A stretch of 64,000 bases of DNA from positions 76,012,001-76,076,000 of the forward strand of contig NC_043008.1 in NCBI RefSeq assembly GCF_006345805.1. Reading direction: 5' to 3'. This stretch comes from Octopus sinensis. Its lineage: Eukaryota. Shown piece by piece: positions 40,745-54,270 of the stretch (position 1 is its first letter; the number at the start of each line of letters is the position of its first letter). The position numbers and the translations under genes were made by a program. The notes under the pieces were generated by a model. That model made no database searches, was not told where the DNA came from, and saw only the letters and a program-made list of their open reading frames with translations.

Positions 40745-40855
40745 TAAGGGTGCACATGTCTACAGAGTTCCAACCGCTTCAACGTTAGCTTCACGAGCAG
40801 GTTGTTCTTTTGAGCGGATTAGCTGGAACACTTGTCGTTGCAACCGATGGTGAGC
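40745..40855 (+). mobile_element. SINE family C, 3' fragment
   Basis: ttcacgagcaggttgttc..ggattagctggaacacttgtcgttgcaacc resembles the 3' part of the element at 45785-46155. Confidence 0.55.
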
Positions 40856-41322
40856 CAGTTTTTAGATATTATTATCAATATTGTCAGGCTTACAAATTTT
40901 TATCTCCCTGAAATTTACTTAATGGATAAACTGTCTATAAGCAAAAGTCATTTTAGTAGAATCTTCCTTTATACACAAGTCTATAGAAAAAGACTTGTTA
41001 TTTTGCTACAATTATTTGCCATCCCTCCTAAATCATGTCTGGCCATGCAAGTTTCGCAATTTAAACTTACCAGTATTTTATTTCCAGAAATTTAGATCTT
41101 ACTGTATCCTCTTACTAACATAGAGCTATTGAAAACGAACATCACTTCTAACTCTAACTTATCTGTTAGACGTTCTTTCAAAATCACTGGCATTGCTTCT
41201 TCGCCAAATAAAAGTATATACTGAAAAAGTCTTTGTTTAAAATTGATGTAAATAAAGTAAACACTCAACACTCTTATATATATATTTTAAGAAAGACAAT
41301 CAGTTCTTTTCTTTCTGGGTGG

Positions 41323-41426
<104 letters not shown>

Positions 41427-42787
41427 GCGTGTGTGTATATCTATATATACACACATATACATACATACATAAATATATATATATTTATTTATATGTATGT
41501 ATGTGTATATTTATACTTATAATTACATAGATGCGCGTGCACGCACACACACACGCACGCACACACGCATGCACACACATGTATACATATACTTGATATA
41601 GACTACTACTGGTTGGTTTTTGTCATATCACCATCCACTAAACACTTACACATCATAATTGACGTATTTTAAATGAATTGTCTATGAATGCAGATGATTA
41701 TAACAGTTAAAAAGAATAGATTTTATTCTCCGTAATAAACAAAGCTGGAAGGAGATTCTGTTGTGACAATATCTGCTACATCAGAACTACGTAACATCAA
41801 GTTTTCGACGATAAATTTGACATGGCGTTTCGAGTGGCTTTTATAACCAATGAATGAGAGTATTGTATCAAAGAGAAATATAAACATGCATTATCTTCCT
41901 TGCATGAGAATGTTACATTTTGAGTAGAGGTATGCTGGAGGCGAGTGGATACGCTATTTGACATCGCATATCTATACACAGCACACTATTGCAATATAGC
42001 TTTACTTTACCTGAATGTGATGATGAATTTGTTGGGGCTTTCTTTTTTCACTAATAGTTGTCTTCTTTAATGTCACACTGTTTGCATTGTATTTCTATAT
42101 TAATGTGGCATCATGAAATGCGTTACACACATAACAAACGTTTGTATTTCAAAACCATATTTATATAACAAAGATTTGTAGAGACAGTCTGGATGATTTA
42201 CTATATCCAATCGAACGCGTAAATTCTTTTAGGTATAAAGATTGCCTTTCATCTCTCCGTCGCCTATTAGTGCCATCCGTGCACAAGATGAGATCATTCC
42301 ACCAAAATATTCATGCGCTACTTAATTACATGATATGATCCATCCAACCATTTTCCCCACCCGCTGTTCCTGGGATCGTCGACGTCGTTAGAGTATTGAA
42401 GCAACTTCTCGAAAAGTTCCTGTCATAAAGAACGTTATTATAAACACTTCATGCATTCCCAACTGCGAGTAACTAAGAATATGGATATTCTACACCCATC
42501 TCGCTTTCGATCCGGCCCTAGCTTTCCTGCCTGTTGGCTCGGCTAAAAGAATCTGGCCTACGATTCTGGCCACATCTCCATGGTACCGTAGCTGGAACCT
42601 CGCAGTACAGTGAAATAGTGGCCCGGCCTGCGGAGTTCCTGATATCCAAGCTTACGTACCCTGTGAATTTACTCCAGCGATACTTTAGAGGAAACACACT
42701 GCAGCCATTTACATTCGTAATAGTAATCCTTTGATCATTACTCGATTTTCCTGACCATTGATGAAACCAGTACGTCTGTATATATAT

Positions 42788-42820
<33 letters not shown>

Positions 42821-43032
42821 CACCAACTAGTTCAATCTCACATAGTTGCCTGAACTCCCAAAGTAATAGAGAAGTTTTCTATCAAAGGTATGAGTAATTC
42901 AAGTAAACTAGGTGAAATGTTACCTAACTTGTTTCATCTGTTATATATTAACTGAAATACTTTTAAAACATTGCAAATTGCGATTCAGTTTCTTGAAATT
43001 GAAATCTGTTTCTAATGTGCTTAAAGGATTAG

Positions 43033-43247
43033 GGAGCAAGCTAGCAGAATCATTACCGCACCGAACAAAAAGCTTAGCGGCATTTCGTCCGTCTTTACGT
43101 TCTCTGTTCAAATTCCACCGATGTTGGCTTTGCATCTCATCCTTTCGGGGTGAATAAAATAAGTACCAGTTGAACACTGGGGTGGATGTAGTGGAATTAC
43201 ACTCTGCTCCCCAAATTGCTAGCCTTGTGCCAAAATTTGAAACCATT
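43033..43247 (+). mobile_element. Full-length tRNA-derived SINE family B
   Basis: gctagcagaatcattacc (A-box-like), gttcaaattcc (B-box), cctttcgggg..aataaaataagtaccagttg, ending ccttgtgccaaaatttgaaacca. Confidence 0.85.
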
Positions 43248-45784
43248 ATGTTTAAAGAATAATTCATGTGAAGAACTTTTCGTCATATTTTAATTCAAAA
43301 ATAAGCAAGGTTGTCTCTTATATATCATAACTGACACTAGGCTCTAATGAAGCTAATTGTCTATTTTGATCTTCCGGTCGTTAACGCACTGTAATGGTTG
43401 AGATAACAAGATCCGCGTAACTGCACTCTAATTAATAGGAGCCAACAACGCAGCCTGTAAAAGGTTGTTAGAAACAGTAGAAATATCTTGCCAATCTCTA
43501 TTAAATTAAATTTTATCATTATAAAGTGGGGAAGGATACGTCGGTTGGTGTAGTCTTATATATCACTATACTAACTTATTACTCACAGAAAAAATGCACT
43601 TCATAATCCGTCTATTCATTCACGATTAGAGAGAAATCAAACATATCTACTTTCAATATTTAATTGAATTATTATCTGTTATGTTTTATTTAATATTTCA
43701 AAGGTCATCTTGTCACCAGCGGCATAATTGTGTGATTGGTGGTAACCTTCACATACGTAGGTCAATATGCGTGGGTAACATATCTAGATTTTTGATTGAT
43801 TCTCGATTCATTATACGAGTCCTCTGGAATTGGACAAGATATATAACATTAAGCTGATTGAAGATACATATATGCTGAACAGAATAAACAAAGTGTCTGT
43901 TAGAATTAAAATATGGCGTTAGTAGAAGCGACATCATTATATTTAAACTATAACGATTGAAATGACTGCACACTTGGATGCTTCAAAAATGCATCAGTAA
44001 AAATATGCCCTGCTTCCGGCAAATTCCAATTATTTGAAAAAATACTATTCTCACTATTTGAGAAAGAATTCGATAACATTGTTAATAAAATTGATTAAAT
44101 GTGCACAGCTTTAACCTACTATTCCGTTTAGAGCGCTATTTAGATAAACCCTTTCCTTGTAGATATAACTTTTACATAAATAAGTATCTACATATAAAGA
44201 TAAGATGCAGAAATTGCTTTGGATATCAAGTCATTATAACTTGGCATAAAGAAAGAATATTCGTTTTTCGACATTAAAGCTATATAGTCATATATTGCAT
44301 TTCTAATCAGTTGATTTTAGCTAATGCCTAGAGCTATGTGTCTTTTAAGTGAATGTAACAAATATTAAATAATACATATGTGTATGTATAAATATATACG
44401 TGCATGTTCATGTAAATATATATATATATATATATATATTTAGTGTATGTAAATATATATATATCCATATATGCATGTACGTATGATGTATGAATATATT
44501 TATGCATATATATTTGTGTATGAATACATATATTTGCATGCATGCATATATGTTCGTTTCCATGTGCGTAATACATGAGTTTTTTCGTGTCTATATATGT
44601 ACTCTTATTTCAAGGCATAAATTAAACGGAGTTAATTATGCTTAATTATAAGATTATAAGACTTCAAATATAGAAATCAAATCTGTTTGTAGTATTGCAG
44701 GTTACGACCAATAGGTTACGGCCAATCGAGAGAAAAATTATAGACACAAATCTAACATAAAAATGAAAAGCTATTAAAACTAAAACAAAATTCTATGCTA
44801 TTCACGTAATAGTAATTATCTCTATAGTAAATTATATAGTAATTCATAAATTAATGCTACTGAATACTCATTTGCAGATATAAATGTAATTATGGAAATA
44901 TAGGCAAGTTTTGAATATTGTTCTAACCTACAAGCACAGAGATTCCGAGATATATCTATTGACTGGCTTTCGACTGTTTATAATCAATTGTCAGCATATC
45001 TATGTAGAGCCTGTATCTTAATTCTCCAAACACTGCAAACTGTATACTGTATTTTTTTTTATATTATGAATATTTATAGTGCTATTGTAAAAGAAAGACA
45101 CAAACATCTGTCACTTTCATTACTTGATCATAAATGTTACAACTCTCCCGTTGTTTTTACTGTAAAAAAAATCAGGTCTTAAAATATCGGGCTCTTTTAT
45201 ATCAACGTAGATGTTGTTTACGTAACTATATTACAACACTTGCTATTGAAATGGCATCAAGAGATAACAAGAAAGAGACTTATAAAATGTTGAAGAGTAG
45301 ATTTTTGTTTTATTGATCAAAGATGGAAATTCTTTTACATCTCCAAAATGTCAGGAATGACGATGCATAATGTCTCATTTCTCTGTGTAAATTGTATTTG
45401 AAAGGAAGTAGAAGTGTCATTCCAATATCACCTACTTTAAGTTATTGCATATCAGAGTGTGAGAATGTCATGTAAACTGTGCATTCATGTGTGTGTGTGG
45501 CTCTGTATTTGTGTGTGTTTGTATGTGTGTGTTTGTGTGTGTTTCTGTATGTGTCTGTTAGAGTGTGTGTGTACATAAAGGGAGACAACGGGAGATAGAT
45601 AGGCAGATAGACAGATATACGATACATCCGTATAATATGCATATACACATATATACTGATAAAAAGACTTACAAACAAATAAACATACATATACATTTAT
45701 ATAGTTACTTACATTTATGCGTGTGTATGTATATGCATGCATGTAGGTATATACTTAAAGACAAATGCTTTAAAAATATAAGCG

Positions 45785-46153
45785 TAAAGGGACGATATTA
45801 AAGAAAAACAGATTTGATGCAGTCAGTTCATTTTTCCTGCCGCCTCTATTCAACTGACACACTGCCCGTTACAGCGACGAGAGTTTCAGTTGATCCGATC
45901 GACGGAACATCCTGCTCGTGAAATTAACTTACAAGTGGCTGAGCACTCCACAAACAAGCGTACATTTAACATAGTTATCAAAAAGATACAATGTCACACA
46001 GAAAGTGACAAGGGCGGCCATTTGAAATAAAGTGAGTATTCATTTTTGCCGGCTGAGTGGACTGGAGCAATGTGAAACCGTGTGTCTTGCTCAAAGACAT
46101 AACGCGCCGCCGGCAACCGAACTCATGACTTTACGATCGTGAGACAAATACCC

Positions 46154-46155
<2 letters not shown>
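45785..46155 (-). mobile_element. tRNA-derived SINE family C
   Basis: Minus strand: cacgatcgtaaagtcatgagttcggttgcc (B-box-like), then ctttgagcaagacac..ttgctccagtccactcagc central domain. Confidence 0.7.
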
Positions 46156-46239
<84 letters not shown>

Positions 46240-46252
<13 letters not shown>

Positions 46253-46563
46253 ATATCCGTTCTGTCTGTGTGTCTTCTTGGATCTCGGGCATCCTGCATC
46301 CGATTGCGCTCAAATTTGATATGTAGATACAGACGGTCCCAGGGCGTGTATAAGTCTTGAAAAGACCACAAAAATCGATTCCAGATGAGAAAGCGATCGA
46401 TAAAGCCGTGGGAACGTGTATTTGCTGGAGTCTCAAATTTAGGTTAAATCAGTGTTTCTCAAAGGGGAGACCTATGGGACGGTCGGACAAGTTGTTATGA
46501 GAAAATTTGGTTTGAATGTTTGACAACTCACCACCGTCCTTTGGACAGGAGGGGGTTTTACTC

Positions 46564-46564
<1 letters not shown>
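46240..46564 (+). mobile_element. Short non-autonomous Helitron-like element
   Basis: (TA)-rich start, then tccgttctgtctgtgtg..catccgattgcgctcaaatttg, similar to the other Helitron 5' ends here. Weak 3' hairpin gtcc-ttt-ggac and CTCG|T in place of CTAG|T. Confidence 0.5.
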
Positions 46565-46611
<47 letters not shown>

Positions 46612-46973
46612 TATCCTATCATATCATATCATATTAATATTAATTATAATTCATAACATTGAATAAAACAACATAAGATACTAACATTCATACACATGTA
46701 TATGTGTGTATGTGCGTATGTATGTGTATGTATGCATGCAGTGTCTGTAGACAAAGAGAAGGTTTAGGCAAACTTTTGTGGAATTTTAATAACTGAACTC
46801 TGATGTCATGACTGAATGTCCAGTAATCCAGAGTAAGATACACTTGCCTCAGCTCGTTTTTCAATTTCTGTAAGAGAATTCGAAAGCGCTAATTTAACAA
46901 AGCACTGCTCGATATATTTGAATACTGAGATTAGCTATTCATATGTATGTGTATATACATATATATATATAGT

Positions 46974-47049
<76 letters not shown>

Positions 47050-47060
47050 ATGTATGTATT

Positions 47061-47069
<9 letters not shown>

Positions 47070-47147
<78 letters not shown>

Positions 47148-47150
47148 GGA
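47070..47150. repeat. (GATA)n microsatellite
   Basis: Directly visible. Confidence 0.9.
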
Positions 47151-49339
47151 TAAATCGGTAGATATAGACATAATTGTTAATGATTTATTGATTTATTAGG
47201 ATCTAAGTCTCTGATGCGATACGTTGTTGATATAGAGCGATGTTTTGTGCATTGCAATACTACATAGTTCTCGAATCGAATTTATACCTTATTTTCCCAA
47301 AATCATGCCACTGTATTAATCAGAGTTATTGAGACCAATCTCAAATAGTTCTAAGGTACCATAAGCATTACCGCCATTCATAAAACAATAAACTTTTATG
47401 CAATATTTGGTAGATCAATACAATTTTACAAAACTTTGAACAATTGGCATCATAACATAGGTTCTCTCATTAATACTTACGCTGCTGCATAAAACCATCC
47501 AAACCCTCCATTGCATATTTGATACGTCGTGTCATACTTATCAAAATAAATCTGAGAGAAAGCATAACTGTGTTCTGAAAAACTTTGCTTCAAAACTATT
47601 TGATTTTGCGTTCACTTCCTTTATGCATCATTTTTGCTGTTTCATTCCTCTTAGAGCTGCATTCAAACAAATTCTTGAGAGCAAGATTTCGTACAGGAAA
47701 TCTATATCAAATTCGTTTAGATGGACCGTTCGTGATTTCTGGTTGGGAACCTTGTACGTCGCCCAGCTTCATACTTGTACCTGACTCTTAAACATTTAGC
47801 CCTTGATTACTTGAAAGCCTACGAAACAGCGCATCTGTGTAACAATAATATCCTCCCTTCTTCCAACACATAAATGAAGGAACCCTTGTATCGAGTGACT
47901 CAACAGTTTGGAGTGAAAATGTCGCATTTCTGTTGTAATCAATATTTCAATACTTACGGTAAAATAGGCATTAACTTTTTTATATCCCAATATTCTAATC
48001 GTTCCCGCTTTCTTTGCAGATTAATTTGAGCCACAGTGGTTAAATTCGTATAGATTTTACCCATTTAGAGATAGAAACGGCTAGATATATTCGTCTGATA
48101 AGAGAAATGAAGCTCTAAGTGTTCACGTGGAAGACCAGCTTCTATCTATACGAAGATTCGCAAAAATGTAACTGAGGAAAATTTAAGCAGAGCAGTTCAT
48201 TTCAAGTAACGCTTGGTTCATTAATCACTTTTATAAACTAGAGAAAGTTTCTAAATCTTGTCAGTCGGTCCATGATCTGGCCGCGTTTCAGCTTAATCAT
48301 TGAAGAGTTGACTCACTACCGAACTCTTTCCTGGGTATGAAAATTGGAATCTCTATAATCATATCCAACGTAAACGATAATGGTTAGCATCAAGCGAAGG
48401 AGGAGAATAAACCTGAGAAGTTTTATGCTTTGAGTTTGGTGGAATATGAAGAATGTTGACTCTCATGTCGTTAAACCAAAACGGAACACTTAATGGTGTC
48501 AATTGGAAGCTCTGCGCAAAATTTAGCATTGGGCAAACGCAAAAGGGTATTGCACTTGCACGATAATACAAAGGTACATATTAGCTGAGTCGGTACGTGG
48601 TCATATATTTAGAGTCATAATCATTTAGAAAATGATTAGGGAAATGTTTATGTGACGAAATATGGAGGTTTTGCCTCATTCTGGTTAATCTCATGAGTTT
48701 GTGCCAATTCTATCTGACTATCAGCTTTTCAGATCGTTGCAAGACTATTTAGAGGAAACCAGTTGGTATATCTTGAATAGGTTAAGAAGGTTATTGCATA
48801 TTTTGTTTCTTGTTTCCTATTTCTTTCTACTTAAAAAGATTTGACAAATAGTTGGCAAATCGTTATCAATAAGAAGGCAAAATATTGTCTAAATTTATTA
48901 CATTACTTAAGATCAAAGAATCATTTCGCATACACACACGCATACAAAATATGTCATATATATATAGATGTAATATATATATATATATACAAAAATATAT
49001 ATATGTATATGCATGTATGTATGTATATAGCGTGTGTGCACATAAAGTCATGGTAGAATTTTCAAACTATCTTATTCTTGGGGATGCAACTGTTTAAAGT
49101 TCGACATTAAAAAACATATATAAGCAACGATAAGTAAAGAAAGAGATTCTATTAGATAGAGCGATATCCATGCTCTCCGAAAACAGTGTCTCTAGGATAT
49201 TTTAATCTATTTAAGAGCTTCATAAGTAACTGTTTTCGCAGACGTACTGAATGAGAACTGATTTTCCATAAAGCTCAATGTTTTTCCTGAGGTAACAGAA
49301 GACATGAAAGGCTACTCTAGATATCTTCCTATTATAGGA

Positions 49340-52100
49340 CTAGCTGACGTACCCGGTAATTCCCAGAGAAGCGGGGCTAATCCTTTGGTTCCGTTCTCAT
49401 AATTGTTTCGCTTATCTAATAACAACAATACAAATCCTGCAGCCCTTAAAGCGGTTTGTTTTGCATTTACAGAGAATACCGAAATTTCTTACACAGGATC
49501 TTGGTTTTAGGAATTCCCAATAAGTTATGTAATAACAAAAAAATGAATTACCCGATAGTAAGAATTCAAATAAACTAGTCCCGAAAAGGGCTTTAATGCG
49601 TTCCTAGAGTATATAGAATTTAGGAGGAAATAGCAATACTTTATGCATACTAAAATTGTGAGACATGGTACGTAATAACAGGCTAATCAGATATGGGATA
49701 ATAACAATTCAAAGTAAGTAAATCTGAAAAGGGCTTTTGTGCGTTCCCAGAGAATATTACCCTCAGGGAACCTAGTGTTGAAATAGAATTACAATGAATG
49801 TAGAAACCAACTGATATTTAGTTTTACTGTAGGCATACAAATAAATTTGTATATAGATTTAAAAATAAAATAACATGTAGATTATCAATATATTTATAAT
49901 ACTTATAAATATTGCAGTTAAAGAATAAATACCTGATGATTTGGTGAATCGTATTAAATTTGCAGAGCTTCTTGATAAACAACATTTTCGTTCTTTCCTT
50001 GTGGGGCATAAATAAACAAATGATTAGGGTGGCCGATTCTTCAGCACCACACATAAAGTTGGCTGTGGAAGAAAACTGATACCGAAAGATTCAGACCTAC
50101 CACATTCAAGGACTGTCTCTGGGCCTTGATAAAGCTCATTGCAAAGCCCAGTTTCAACGGGAATTGCAGGCGCTTGTACTGGAAATGCATATCCAAGGGA
50201 ATAAATGGAATTGTAGGAATGAATATAGGCTCATCGCTTGCTTTCCCAGTAAAAATTGTTGTCTCCAAGATTGTTGACCTCATCTTCCTTATTATATGTC
50301 GTGTGTCATTGCAAAACTTTGCTGGATCGAGGTTTCGAAGCAGCATAGCTGGTGTCCAATCTTGAGGTGCAAGTTGTGAGATGGGAAGCCAGGTGGTGTT
50401 AGACTATTCAAGAGTTCAACTGAATAATTCACATCTTCATCGATGTTGAGTACAGAGACAATGGAATTGTAGATGTGACGCTCACCTGGCGACTGTTCCA
50501 GAAGTTTAAAGTTCAAATCATCAATTCCCACATTCTTTGGAGGTAAAATAGCAAGGGTTTTAAGCCAGTTGTGATATGTAAACTGGTTCCTCAAGTTAGG
50601 AATTACCTTGTTCATTAATTCCTTTAAATCAGATACCATATGTTCAAAAGTCAAGCTTACCCGGCCATACTTTTCATCAACCGAAGTGCCATTACTGACG
50701 TCCAACAGTTGCTTTGGAAAGGTTCTGACTGCATCATTACCACTGAGATGCACTTTTATTTTGGTTGTGAGTCTTAGCTTTTACACAATGATTCATAGGT
50801 AGGACAAATTTATGCTTGCATTTGCTTAATCAGCTCTTGTCCCCACTGGAAGCACCGGAAGAGTTTGTCTATAGTCTCCTGCAAGCAAGACTGTGGTACC
50901 TCCCCTGAGCCTGGTGTTTTGTCTCAGATCTTGAAGGAACATGTCTAGAGCTTCAAAGAAGACCTTATGGCTCTTTGTCGCTTCATCCCAGATAATCAAC
51001 CTGCATTCACCCATAAGTTTGCCTTTTTGCAGAACCATGAATGATGTTGTAGTTTGCTTTCTCTTTCTCGGACAGGTCCAAAAGGAGTTTCAGACAGGAA
51101 AGAGCTGTGCGGCCACCACTTAGCAGAGTTGCAGCTATTCCAAGTGATGTCACTGCTATGGCAATGTGTTTCATTTCGCGCAATTTAGCCAGAAGAACTT
51201 TGATGGCAAATGTTTTTCCTTTCCACCTGGAGCATCTAGAAAGAAAAGACCTCCCCTTTTATTTTCAATGCTTGAAATAATGGTGTTATAAATACTTAGT
51301 TGGTCCTCCATAAGATTGTGTTCTTTATCAGCTATATATATCGTCATTTCCTCGATATCAGAGCTGATTTCTCACAGGTACTCAATTGCGAGAATTGTTG
51401 CTGCCTGCACGGTTGAGCCATGGTTTCCCATTGTTTTCCTTCGGGTGTCCACGTAAAGTAATGCCTCATTGTAAATTGTATTATTGAACGGAGCAATTTC
51501 CGCTAAGGTTTGCCCTTGAATCCTTTCTAGATGTCCTTTGCCATGCTGGTTTGGTGGATCGCCCAAAGCTTGTAATGTTCACGCAAGCCACATGTTATCA
51601 ACATGATAGAAAATAGCTAGCGTAGTTGACTTAGTGCTATGCTGACTACTACCCCCTCCAGTGTCTGGTCCCAGTGAGCATCCTCGTCCTCCAGTAGTCC
51701 AGGCTTCTCCATAGGTTGTGCATACTTCCCATTGTGTCTTCGAAAGTCTGTGAATGATGTAGGACCTCTACAGTGAGGAGCAGTAGATGCAGAAAGAAGG
51801 ACTCCTGTTGATTAGAGTGCACAGTGTACACCGCACCCCAATGGCTTCATTTCTGAAGACAGCATCTTCTACCCAGCCCTCAATTTGTGTTCCTTGCTTG
51901 CGTCTGTTCCATCTAATGTGTGTCGAGGTATATTACACGGGGACCTCTACATACAACAGTGTTCCGGCAAACAGATCACATTGGCATAATTTGAAGAAAG
52001 TTGTCAAAGTGGTTTCTCATGGATTCAGAAATACGTTTCGAGCATTGTCTTCTCAGAAATATACACGCTGACTATGTTGACGACGTACAGGTAGATTTTA
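49340..52100 (-). mobile_element. 3' part of a decayed autonomous Helitron (PIF1-type helicase region plus 3' terminus)
   Basis: YTVHSNQQESFFLHLLL; FFLDAPGG..KTF (Walker A); GIAATLLSGGRTA; LIIWDEATKSH; LLAGDYRQTLPV; PPGFPSHNLHLK; LLRNLDPAKFCNDTR; RLQFPLKLGFAMSFIKAQRQSL..FFHSQLYV. Minus-strand CTAG|T end at 49340 with a degenerate hairpin. Confidence 0.9.
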
Positions 52101-52298
52101 AGGTGTTCCTACATATAAACAGGGTGTGACCTTTGTGTTGCATTTATCTAAAAGCAGAACAGTTTTTCGTGCAGCGCTAGTCAATTGGTTGAAGTGACAT
52201 GAAAGACATCGTCATTCATGGTATATTAATAAATAAGTCACTAACTATAGATCCACTAAATAAGTGGATCTATTGTTTAGGAAAATATTATTTACTTC

Positions 52299-52468
52299 AT
52301 TATGTACATTATTTACATTTAACCGATATTTGTCCTCATCTTGTATGTTGTTAACAAAACATTTCGGCTGATATACCCGCCAGCCTTCATCAGGTGTCTT
52401 GGAGAAATTTCGAACCTGGGTTCTCATTCCTAAGTTATTTTTCGATGTTGGTTTTGTTATTGTTGTTG

Positions 52469-52523
<55 letters not shown>

Positions 52524-52621
52524 GGTCACTACCTGGAATCGAACTCGCAATCCTTAACCACTACGCCATATGCTCGTGGGTATATCCGTCAAATGTATGT
52601 AATGTAAATAATGTACATAAT
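52299..52621 (-). mobile_element. Small composite retroelement: tRNA-like Pol III head, (AAT)n tract and hammerhead core, between 21-bp inverted repeats
   Basis: Minus strand: TGGCGTAGTGG (A box, 52558-52568), GAGTTCGATTCC (B box), (AAT/AAC)n, then CTGATGA-A-GGCTG..CAGCC-GAAA. The string attatgtacattatttacatt (52299-52319) is the reverse complement of 52601-52621. Confidence 0.7.
52353..52398 (-). ncRNA. Minimal type I hammerhead ribozyme, degenerate copy
   Basis: gacac-CTGATGA-a-GGCTG-gcgggtatat-CAGCC-GAAA-t-GTT-ttgtt. Core and stem II are intact; stems I and III carry mismatches or wobbles. Confidence 0.7.
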
Positions 52622-54114
52622 TCCTTATCTCTTAAATATAGAAATGTTTTATTATTTACTTGTTTAAGTGTTGTACTGGATAAATTGCGAATATATCTCT
52701 CACTGTTCAAACACTAATAAATAAGCATACTGAATTTGGTTTACACCAAATTATATAGGAAAATGAATGGGTTATTTCCTTTGGCTGTTAAAATAAAATA
52801 TATTAGTTATTTATAAGGATCTCTTCCAGGGGCGCGATTATCGATTTTTTTTCAAGAATATGAGTATGCCATGAGGTTTCCAGACATGAGTTCTACTCAC
52901 GTGTCAAATTTCATTAAAATCGATAAAACGATGTAGGAGGAATTAGCTAACAACTCCGCAAACAAACACCCACTGACAGAATTTCCCATATACGTAGTAG
53001 ATACCCAAATAAGATGGGTGAGATCATTATAAGTGTAAGAGAATATTGTCAGGATAAGAAAGTTGAAATAGAAACTTGCTTCTAGTGGCATATGCAACAT
53101 GAAAACAACTAAAATGAATGACTGACAACCACTGTTCATGTTGGTTTCGGCCTCCAAATACAACCACCTTGACTCAAGCCAACATGGTTAAGCCTACTCT
53201 TTACTGCGCTCTTTAGATAATGAGAAATATGAAAACAAATAAAAGGGCTAATACTCGCTCATAGTGGGTTTTCGTTATCATGGAAATATAAGTAAACAGA
53301 ATAAGATTGCGAGTGTACATTTCTTCTAACAGACGATCCTTCTAAGAAATGACCACACAGGACATGCAACACAGAGCAATATATAAGACTACAAATCACA
53401 CACTTTCACCCAGACATGAACACGCGTGCACAGACATACGCACACATGCTTACATACATAACGACACAGGCACTCAGACACCCATACACACACTTTCATA
53501 CGCACATGCACACACACAGACAGGAATGGAGATAAATATTATAACGTTTATAGATGATGTAGCAGGAACATGAACATATTTCAGTTACCGGTAGGAAGAT
53601 TAAAACACATGACCTCGAAAAGAATTGCTCTGTGATATTTATCGATTGCTTCTTAGGTTCATTCTATTTCTAGTCTTACCAGTTGCAGGCTTTTTCTTGC
53701 ATTTTATAACATCGAAAAAGTATTAAAATATTTTGGAAATAGAGTCAGTCCTAACAGCAATTTTCTATCAACTTTTACTATGCATTTTACTAAAAATACA
53801 TTTCCACACAAAAATAACTGGCTAATTTTCCATGTAATTACCTCAGAAATGATTTCTATCAGTCAATTCTTTGCAGTTGAACGTTAACCACTATTATAAA
53901 ATCAAAGGTAATTCATCAATATATCAACTCTTTGCTATTTTCTTGAGTTGCGAGTCTGTTCCAGTTGAACGTAAATCACTTTACTAAAACCTTGAAACAC
54001 AACTTTTGATATATCCTGCCACAGTCAATATTTTGAAGTGAAATTTAAAGCAACGTATTAAAAGCTTGGAATACTCATCAATCTGTCAGTGCTTATTATA
54101 TTCTTATTTCTTTA

Positions 54115-54270
54115 TTGCTCACAAGGGGCTAAACATAAGGGGGCAAACAAGGACAAACAAAGGGATTAAGTCGACTGCATCAACACCAGTGCGTAACTGG
54201 TACTTAATTTATCGACCTCGAAAGGATGAAAGGCAAAGTCGACCTCGGCGAAATTTGAACTCAGAACAGG
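54115..54270 (-). mobile_element. SINE family B fragment
   Basis: aactggtacttaatttatcgacctcgaaaggatgaaaggcaaagtcgacctcggcgaaatttgaactcagaac. Confidence 0.8.

Noticed and set aside
48460-48580. Pogo/Tigger HTH-like peptide KLCAKFSIGQTQ
   Set aside because: Too short, flanked by stops, and no DDE domain or TIRs nearby.
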